The translations under genes and the position numbers were made by a program. From Candidatus Hadarchaeum sp. (GTDB lineage Archaea; Hadarchaeota; Hadarchaeia; Hadarchaeales; Hadarchaeaceae): a stretch of DNA of 15,701 bases. Numbering within the stretch: position 1 is the stretch's first letter; each line of letters starts with the position of its first letter. The stretch lies in contig NZ_JBMFOX010000026.1 in the NCBI RefSeq assembly GCF_049969415.1, forward strand, positions 1 through 15,701. The letters run 5' to 3'. Positions 1 through 6,083 of this stretch are shown here, piece by piece. The notes under the pieces were generated by a model that was not told the origin of the DNA, searched no databases, and saw only the letters and a list, made by a program, of their open reading frames with translations.

Positions 1-28
1 ACCCTAGCCGCCATAACACCGGTCTCAG

Positions 29-112
29 GACAATTTTAAAAATTTAATGCAACAATGCACGATTTTGAAAATGTATATAAGCTTCTTAGATAAGTTGTAT
101 TCAAAAAGTGAT
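29..112 (+). promoter_or_regulatory. Archaeal-type promoter and RBS of the cyclase gene (TATA box TATATAA at 74-80, A-rich BRE upstream, AGTGAT RBS at about 107-112)
   Basis: AT-rich stretch GAAAATGTATATAAG lies about 35 bp upstream of ATG116, and GTGAT sits just before the start. An imperfect 15-bp direct repeat occurs at 29-43 and 58-72. Confidence 0.55.
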
Positions 113-115
113 TCT

Positions 116-880
116 ATGAAGAAAATGAAAGTGATTGACCTTACTCAACCCTGGGGAATGAATACACCGCCGTGGCCGGGAGGAAAGGCACCGACGATAA
201 GGTATGTGAACATGATCTCCACCGACGGCTACAGCCAGCAAGAGATTACCTTCACCACCCACATCGGAACCCACCTCGACGGTCCGCTCCACTTTGATCC
301 CAAGGGCCGGGATCTGGCCAGCCTGCCAATGGACAAGCTGGTGGGCGAGGGTGTTGTGGTGGATGTCAGCGAGGTTGGTCCCTACGGAATTTACACACCG
401 AAACACATAACGAGCAAGGTTGACGTTAAGAAGGGCGACATCCTGATTATCCACACCGGCTTCCACAAATACTACGCCAACGCCGAGGAGCCCGACGAGA
501 TCACCTATTTTTACAAGCACCCGGGCCCGCACCGGGAGTTCCGGGACTGGGTGGCGGAGATGAAGTTCAAGTGGATCGGGGTCGACTGCGGTTCTGCCGA
601 TCACCCGATGAACACGGGACTTCAGAAGCTCAACCCGATTGTCGCCAAGGAAGCGGAGAAGAAGCTAGGGAAGCCCTTAAGCGAGATTTTCCCGCCTGAA
701 ATGGACCACATGATGCACCACACTTTGTTCAAGCAACCCTATGAAATCATCCATGTGGAGAACATCGGCGGGGATATTGACAAGGTACTGAATAAGCGGA
801 TGATAATCGGATGCTTCCCGCTCAAGACGATCGGCGGTGAGTCCACACCCTGCAGGGTTGTGGCCTTCCTCTTCGAGTGA
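116..880 (+). CDS. Cyclase family metal-dependent hydrolase (kynurenine formamidase/isatin hydrolase-like)
   Basis: HxGTHxDxPxH signature (THIGTHLDGPLHF), VIDLT N-terminus, GDILIIHTG, IGVD, ENI and C-terminal GGESTPCRVVA. Start moved from 47 to ATG116 (ATG125 also possible) because 47-115 is AT-rich promoter sequence. Confidence 0.9.
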   Translation: MKKMKVIDLTQPWGMNTPPWPGGKAPTIRYVNMISTDGYSQQEITFTTHIGTHLDGPLHFDPKGRDLASLPMDKLVGEGVVVDVSEVGPYGIYTPKHITSKVDVKKGDILIIHTGFHKYYANAEEPDEITYFYKHPGPHREFRDWVAEMKFKWIGVDCGSADHPMNTGLQKLNPIVAKEAEKKLGKPLSEIFPPEMDHMMHHTLFKQPYEIIHVENIGGDIDKVLNKRMIIGCFPLKTIGGESTPCRVVAFLFE

Positions 881-887
881 GGAACAG

Positions 888-928
888 AAAAAAGAGGTGG
901 CAGCGCGGAGCTGCCACTTTTATTTTTT
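888..928. terminator. Bidirectional hairpin terminator between the convergent cyclase and Rid genes
   Basis: Perfect 8-bp stem GTGGCAGC (897-904) / GCTGCCAC (910-917) with a 5-nt loop. It is flanked by A6 on the left and TTTTATTTTTT on the right, so each strand has a U-tract. Confidence 0.75.
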
Positions 929-1307
929 AGCGCAGCACGGCGATGCCGTCAATCTCGACCAAGAGTTCCTCCATGATGAGGCTCTTGACCGCAATCAGGG
1001 TACTGGCAGGAGGGTCTTTCTTGAAGTACTCCGACCTTATCTTTCGGAACTTGGCCAAGTTTTTGATATCGGTTAGATAGACCCTTATCTGCACTAGGTC
1101 GTCTAGGGTTCCACCTTCAGCGGCCAAGATGGCGCGTAGATTCTCGAAAACCTGTCGCACCTGTTTTTCAAAGTCACCCTTGCCCACGATTTCTCCCTTG
1201 GCATTCTCGGCTATTTGTCCCGAGATAAAGAGAAGGTTGCCCGCCCTGACCGCGGGTGAATATCCCGTGGGCTTGGGCAAACCTTCCGGGACCACTATCT
1301 TCTTCAC
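927..1307 (-). CDS. Rid (YjgF/YER057c/UK114) family protein lacking the catalytic Arg (Rid4-7 type)
   Basis: Motifs GYSPAVRAGNLLFISGQ, QVFENL..IL..G..LDD.V...VYL.D, PASTL.V..L and VEID.IA. Probable GTG start at 1307 after the purine-rich GAAGGGGAT; ATG1331 is the alternative. Confidence 0.88.
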   Translation of the reverse strand: MKKIVVPEGLPKPTGYSPAVRAGNLLFISGQIAENAKGEIVGKGDFEKQVRQVFENLRAILAAEGGTLDDLVQIRVYLTDIKNLAKFRKIRSEYFKKDPPASTLIAVKSLIMEELLVEIDGIAVLR

Positions 1308-1351
1308 TAACGATCCCCTTCCCGAAGGCATGTCTTTCTGTTTTTATAGGC

Positions 1352-2830
1352 TTACTCGCGCACCCACTTCAGTTCCCAGACTTCCGGCTTCTTCAGCCAA
1401 GGTGCAGTCGGGATAATTTTCTCGCCGAACTTCTGGACCTTGTCGATTACCTTTTCCTCGTCGACGGTCTTAACCACGCCCTTTTCCATGATTATCTTTC
1501 CGTTGACCATCACGGTGTCGCAGGAGTCACCCTTGCCGTTGTAGACGAAGCTGTTGATAACGTTCTCCTTGGTCACGGGCACCCAGTAAATTTTTCTGAG
1601 GTTCCACATGACGATGTCGGCTGCTTTTCCAACCTCAAGCGATCCGATTTCCTTGTCCCATTTCAGCGCCTTGGCACCGTTCACCGTCGCCATCTCTAGG
1701 GCCTTGGGGCTGGGATCGGCGGTTTTCAGCATGAACAGGTCGGGGTCCGGGAATATCATCGGGTGCCAGGCTTCCGCGTGTCCGACTGATACTGTCCAGA
1801 TGTCCCGGACTAGGTCGTGTGCGGTCCCGGTGCTTGACTCGTCGTTGCCGAGCGCCACATTTATCCCCATCTTGACCATTATGGGGAACTTTCCTCGCAT
1901 CGAGACGGCGGAGTAAACGCCGTGCATGCTAGATCCCGGGACGTGGACGACGTTGGAGTTAGTCTCCTTCAGCATCAGCAGTTCGCCGCCGTCAACCCAG
2001 GCCATGTGAGCAGCCATGAAATCCGGCCCGAGAACCCCTTGGTCGTAAAGATATTCGATGTCCCTGCGCCCGAATCTCTTGCGGGTCATCTCAACCATGT
2101 CGTGGGAAACCCCGGCGTGAGTAAGTATGCCTGAATCATACTTGTTCGCCAGTTCTCTCGTCGCTTTACAAAGCTCAGGTGACACATTACACACTTGCTG
2201 GAGATCCATCCAAGCCTTGATTCGGCCATCGGCGGCGCCATGGTATTTCTTTATGAACTCCTCACTGCGCCGGATGCACTGGTCGGTGGTTTCTCTCAAC
2301 CTGCTGCATAGTTCGGTGAAGGCGTCGTAGGAGGCGTAGGATGATTTGGTTGCCTCGTGGATGTCCATCAGGTCCCTGCCCAGCACCGCGCGAACGCCGA
2401 CATCGGTCACGGCCTTGGCAGCCGACTCCTCCATGGTCTGAATGGTGCCACAGTCGCAGAAGGTCGTGGTTCCGGTCTTGAGCCCCTCGATTAGGTTCTT
2501 AACCGCCGCGTAGTAGTAGTTCTCCTTGGTCAGATTCATATAGGTCCAGGAGAAATATCGTTCGCACCAAGGCACTACCGGAACGTCGTCTAGCATGCTC
2601 TTGTCGTAGGCAGATTCCAAATGGATGTGTCCGTTGATCAGGCCTGGCGTCACAAGGTAATTCTTGGCATCGATTACTCGGTCCGCCCTATATTTTCTTT
2701 TCAGCGCCGCCGTGTCACCGATGTCGATGATTTTTCCATCGTCAACGGCAATGGCGGCATTCTCAAGAAGTCTTCTCTTCGAGTCCATGGTAAGGACAAA
2801 TCTCGCATTTGCGATAAGGGTATCCACCAT
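1352..2830 (-). CDS. Amidohydrolase, MtaD/SsnA/AtzA-like (nucleoside deaminase/chlorohydrolase group), substrate unknown
   Basis: PGLINGHIH (HxH), GTTT, THAGV, AAHMAW, ALGND, ALEMATVNGAKAL and GSLEVGKAADIV. The true start is ATG2830 or ATG2839, not 3124, because the extension crosses the promoter region and the opposite gene. Confidence 0.9.
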   Translation of the reverse strand: MVDTLIANARFVLTMDSKRRLLENAAIAVDDGKIIDIGDTAALKRKYRADRVIDAKNYLVTPGLINGHIHLESAYDKSMLDDVPVVPWCERYFSWTYMNLTKENYYYAAVKNLIEGLKTGTTTFCDCGTIQTMEESAAKAVTDVGVRAVLGRDLMDIHEATKSSYASYDAFTELCSRLRETTDQCIRRSEEFIKKYHGAADGRIKAWMDLQQVCNVSPELCKATRELANKYDSGILTHAGVSHDMVEMTRKRFGRRDIEYLYDQGVLGPDFMAAHMAWVDGGELLMLKETNSNVVHVPGSSMHGVYSAVSMRGKFPIMVKMGINVALGNDESSTGTAHDLVRDIWTVSVGHAEAWHPMIFPDPDLFMLKTADPSPKALEMATVNGAKALKWDKEIGSLEVGKAADIVMWNLRKIYWVPVTKENVINSFVYNGKGDSCDTVMVNGKIIMEKGVVKTVDEEKVIDKVQKFGEKIIPTAPWLKKPEVWELKWVRE

Positions 2831-2839
2831 GTGTCTCAT

Positions 2840-2963
2840 TATGCTTAAGAGGCGGCGGTTAAAAAGATTTTTGGTAATAACTTTGTTATTCTTTCCGAAA
2901 AGCGGCGACAAAATTAATTTTTGTTCAACATTTTGTCTTATATTTGAATAAAAACAACAATTT
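2840..2963. promoter_or_regulatory. Divergent AT-rich promoter region with palindromic candidate operator sites
   Basis: Minus-strand AAAATCTTTTTAA (BRE/TATA, about 2859-2871) lies about 20-30 bp from the amidohydrolase start. Plus-strand TTATATTT (2938-2945) lies about 22 bp before ATG2967. Palindromes occur at 2876-2890 and 2907-2937. Confidence 0.6.
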
Positions 2964-2966
2964 GTG

Positions 2967-3683
2967 ATGTTAAATAAAACTAAAATCCGAAATTTGGCCC
3001 GGAAGTTTGGCGCGGATCTGGTCGGTTTTGGACCCGCCGATGCGATGGATGAAGCCCCCGCAGGACATCGGGCGAGGGACTTTCTCCCTAATGCCGGAAC
3101 CGTGATTTCGCTGGCGGCGCGCATAAATTATTCTGTCGTTGAGGGTCTTCCACAGACGAGGTGCGAATATATCAGCGCCAATGACAGTTCCCGCTCCTTG
3201 CTCAACGGTGCCATCTGTAGGATCGCGAGATACCTTGAGGAAGAGGGTTATTCGGCAATACCTTTTCTCCAAGGAACGGATTACAAAGTGCTGGCGGGGG
3301 ACCTCTCCTTGAAACATGCGGCGGTTGCGGCCGGTCTGGGCGAGTTCGGCCTCAATAACCTTCTGCTGACGCCCCAGTTCGGGCCTAGAGTGCTCTTGGG
3401 CGCGGTAGTTACAGATGCCTTGATTCCCGCGGACCCACCGTTAAAGAAACAGCTTTGTGATCTCTGTGGGGCCTGCCTAAAAGCCTGCCCCGTCGGTGCG
3501 ATATGGGAATCCGAGGAATACGACAGGAAGAAGGGATGGACTATAGACAAGCACAAGTGCTTTCATTATCTGCGCGAAGTTTTGGAACCGGACTACGGCC
3601 ATTACAGTTGCGGACTGTGCATCAAGGCCTGTCACGTTGGAAAGGCGAAAGTTGTTAGGGGCAGGCAGCTGAGGTTAAAGTGA
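2967..3683 (+). CDS. Epoxyqueuosine reductase (QueG)/reductive dehalogenase-like cobalamin and 2x[4Fe-4S] protein
   Basis: ARKFGADLVGF, SLKHAAVAAGLGEFGLNNLLLTPQFGPRVLLGAVVTD, CxxCxxCxxxCP (CDLCGACLKACP), then KC and CxxCxxxC (CGLCIKAC). No Tat signal. Start is GTG2964 or ATG2967. Confidence 0.82.
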   Translation: MLNKTKIRNLARKFGADLVGFGPADAMDEAPAGHRARDFLPNAGTVISLAARINYSVVEGLPQTRCEYISANDSSRSLLNGAICRIARYLEEEGYSAIPFLQGTDYKVLAGDLSLKHAAVAAGLGEFGLNNLLLTPQFGPRVLLGAVVTDALIPADPPLKKQLCDLCGACLKACPVGAIWESEEYDRKKGWTIDKHKCFHYLREVLEPDYGHYSCGLCIKACHVGKAKVVRGRQLRLK

Positions 3684-3699
3684 TGGAGTAGCGGATGCG

Positions 3700-4584
3700 A
3701 TGATCGTAGATGTGCACGTTCATTTGGGTGAACTAGGCAAGCACTTTCAGAAGTGGTGGATGGACGAGCTTTACCGCGGTTTTCCAAACGTTCCGGATAA
3801 GAACGTGAGATACAGGGAGGATCCGATTGCGGGGCTGATTGAGGATTTGGACTCTGCCGGAGTCGATGTCGCCTGCGTCATGGCCAGCGACCACCGGAGG
3901 CCCTATCCTTACGGCACGGGTTCGAGCTATACTCCAAATGATTACGTGGCTGAGTGCGTTCGCAGGCACCCGGATCGGTTCGTCGGCGTGTGCAACGTTG
4001 ACCCGCTGAGGGACCCGCATGAGGCTAGGAGGGAGATGGAGAAGTGCGTCCGGGATTGGGACATGCGTGCCCTGAAGCTTTACCCAACCTACGACCACTT
4101 TGACCCCCGGGATGAGCGGGTCTTTCCCATCTATGAAAAGGTCATCGAGCTCGAGATACCGGTCCATTTCCATATGGGCTACACCGGCACCGTCAATGCC
4201 CCAATGAAGTACCAGTTTCCCCACCTGCTTGATGAGGTGGGAATAAGGTTCCCGGAGATGAAGGTGATCGTCGCCCACATGGGGTTCCCCTGGGTTGACG
4301 AGTGCCTCTGCCTGCTGATGAAGCACCGCCACTGGTACGCCGATATCGCCTACTGGGGAGCCTTCCCGCCGACGTTTTTGATCGAGATGATGAAAAAGTT
4401 TGATTACATGTGCGGCTATCACCGGCTCCTCTACGGTTCGGAGAATCCTTGGAAGGCGACCTTTACGAAGACGTTCATGGGCCTGAACCGGATAGCCGAG
4501 GAAGAGGGGATTAAGTTCAGGATAAGTGATGAGGATTTAAAGAAGATCCTGGGGGAAAATGCAAGGAAGCTCTACCGGATTTAG
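3700..4584 (+). CDS. Amidohydrolase_2 family TIM-barrel metalloprotein (hydrolase, hydratase or decarboxylase)
   Basis: IVDVHVH, NDYVAE..RHPDRFVG, LKLYP, PVHFHMG, FPEMKVIVAHMGFPW, YADIA and LLYGSE. Starts 16 bp after the QueG-like gene with a GGAG RBS. Confidence 0.88.
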   Translation: MIVDVHVHLGELGKHFQKWWMDELYRGFPNVPDKNVRYREDPIAGLIEDLDSAGVDVACVMASDHRRPYPYGTGSSYTPNDYVAECVRRHPDRFVGVCNVDPLRDPHEARREMEKCVRDWDMRALKLYPTYDHFDPRDERVFPIYEKVIELEIPVHFHMGYTGTVNAPMKYQFPHLLDEVGIRFPEMKVIVAHMGFPWVDECLCLLMKHRHWYADIAYWGAFPPTFLIEMMKKFDYMCGYHRLLYGSENPWKATFTKTFMGLNRIAEEEGIKFRISDEDLKKILGENARKLYRI

Positions 4585-4598
4585 CTGGGTTGCCAATA

Positions 4599-5942
4599 TT
4601 ATTTTTTCTTCGGCTGGTACTGCTTTCTTCTCTCCAGTACCTCAGGGGTAATCCTCGTCGCTAGGTCGATGATCTTCTGCTCATCGACGTTTTTCAGGAC
4701 GCGGTTTTCCATCACGATCTTGCCATCGACAAAGACTGTTTCCACGTCGTCACCGTGGCAGGCGTAGACAAGATGAGAAACCGCATTGAAAAATTCACCA
4801 AAAAGGACAGGGGTTGTGCGCAGCTTGTTCAGGTCTACGAGGATCAGGTCCGCCTTTTTGCCCACTTCCAAGGAGCCGATTTCCCTCTCCCAGCCCAGCG
4901 ACTGTGCGCCCTTGATGGTGGCCATCTCCAGCACCTGATAGGCCGGAAGCACGGTGGCATCCAGCTTGGTTACCTTTTGCAGCAGCGAGGCGAACTTCAT
5001 AACCTCGAACATATCAGCAGTGTTGTTTTCCTTTAGGCCGTCTGTCCCCAAGCTTACGTTCGCCCCGTACTTCATCAACTCCGGCACCGGGCAGACCCCG
5101 TCGGCAAGCTTCTGGTTGCTCACGGCACAGTGAGCGACGTTGGTTCTGGTTTGGCCCAGCAACTGTCTTTCTTTTTCAGTTAACCAGCAGGCGTGGGCGA
5201 TCAGCGTGTTTTTACCCAGCAGGCCGAAGTCAGCGAAGGCCTCGATTGGGTGCTTTCCGAACCTCTTCATCGCCAGTTCCCACTCATCCTTTACCTCGTT
5301 GGAGTGAATGTGGATGCCCGTGTGGTATTTCTTTGCTCCTTCAACAACTTTGTGGATGTGGTCGTCCGAGCTGTAAAAGGCCCACTCCATACCGAACCAG
5401 ACCCGCACCCGGCCTTGAGCATATCCATTTCTGGATCGGACCAGTTTTTCGTTATCTTCAAAAGATTCGTATTTTTGGGTAGGTGAATCGGCAGCCATGG
5501 GTGCCAGAACAGCACGGAGGCCGATTTCCCTCACAGCGTCGGCACAGCGATGCATATATCGAAACATGTCGGCCACGCAAGTCGTCCCTGACTTCAGGGC
5601 CTCCGCGTAGGTCAGCATGGCGGCGGCATGGGCTATGTCGGGAGTCACGACCCAGTGCCAAGGTGCGATGTAATAGTCCAGCCACTCTATCAGCGGCAGG
5701 TCGTCCGCGGTGCCCCGGATCAGATCCGAGTGAATGTGGGTGTTTATCAGGCCGGGGATGACGGCCTTCTTCTTAGCGTCAATTACTCGGTCCACCTTGT
5801 ATCGCTTCTTCACCACGTCATGCGTCTTTCCTAAATCAATTATTCTGTCGTCCTTGATGACCACGGCGCCGTCTTCAAAAATTCTCCGGCGTTTGTCTAC
5901 GGTTATTACAATTCCGTTTTTTATCAGCGTTGTTTCGGACAA
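4599..5942 (-). CDS. Amidohydrolase, MTA/SAH deaminase (MtaD)-like group, substrate unknown
   Basis: PGLINTHIH, LIRG.ADDLPL.EWL, SGTT, IHSNE (HxxE), IAHACW, VAHCAVSNQKLADG, LGTDG..NN and GSLEVGKKADLI. Start is TTG5942 (after GGGTTGAT) or TTG5966. Confidence 0.9.
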   Translation of the reverse strand: MSETTLIKNGIVITVDKRRRIFEDGAVVIKDDRIIDLGKTHDVVKKRYKVDRVIDAKKKAVIPGLINTHIHSDLIRGTADDLPLIEWLDYYIAPWHWVVTPDIAHAAAMLTYAEALKSGTTCVADMFRYMHRCADAVREIGLRAVLAPMAADSPTQKYESFEDNEKLVRSRNGYAQGRVRVWFGMEWAFYSSDDHIHKVVEGAKKYHTGIHIHSNEVKDEWELAMKRFGKHPIEAFADFGLLGKNTLIAHACWLTEKERQLLGQTRTNVAHCAVSNQKLADGVCPVPELMKYGANVSLGTDGLKENNTADMFEVMKFASLLQKVTKLDATVLPAYQVLEMATIKGAQSLGWEREIGSLEVGKKADLILVDLNKLRTTPVLFGEFFNAVSHLVYACHGDDVETVFVDGKIVMENRVLKNVDEQKIIDLATRITPEVLERRKQYQPKKK

Positions 5943-5969
5943 GCCATCAACCCGCGAAATTTTCAACCA

Positions 5970-6083
5970 TCAATCTAATTTCTGCTCTTTTATCATTTCT
6001 CCTAGGATTAGAGTTTTAAACGTGGCGCGAGAGGGCTCATAAAAGTTTAATAGCTTTTGGTGTCCATCTTTACAAAGAGGTGG
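5970..6083. promoter_or_regulatory. Divergent promoter region between the amidohydrolase and enamidase genes
   Basis: Plus strand has AAAAGTTTAATA (6041-6052, BRE/TATA) followed by a GAGGTG RBS at 6077-6082. Minus strand has TTTAAAA at 6014-6020. Confidence 0.55.

Noticed and set aside
47-115. Longer cyclase start at ATG47
   Set aside because: The segment contains the TATA box and RBS, and the domain begins at MKVIDLT.
2840-3124. N-terminal extension of about 95 aa on the 590-aa amidohydrolase ORF, overlapping the QueG-like gene
   Set aside because: It crosses an AT-rich promoter region and the antisense strand of a real gene. Family similarity begins only at MVDTLI, and a TATA box sits just upstream of 2839.
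3733-4422. 229-aa antisense ORF
   Set aside because: It lies entirely opposite the Amidohydro_2 gene and has no motifs, which is typical of a shadow ORF caused by codon bias.
1352-5942. Possible recent duplication of the two MtaD-like amidohydrolases (shared DRVIDAK and EIGSLEVGK)
   Set aside because: The shared peptides use different synonymous codons and the central barrels diverge strongly, so these are old paralogs and not a DNA repeat.
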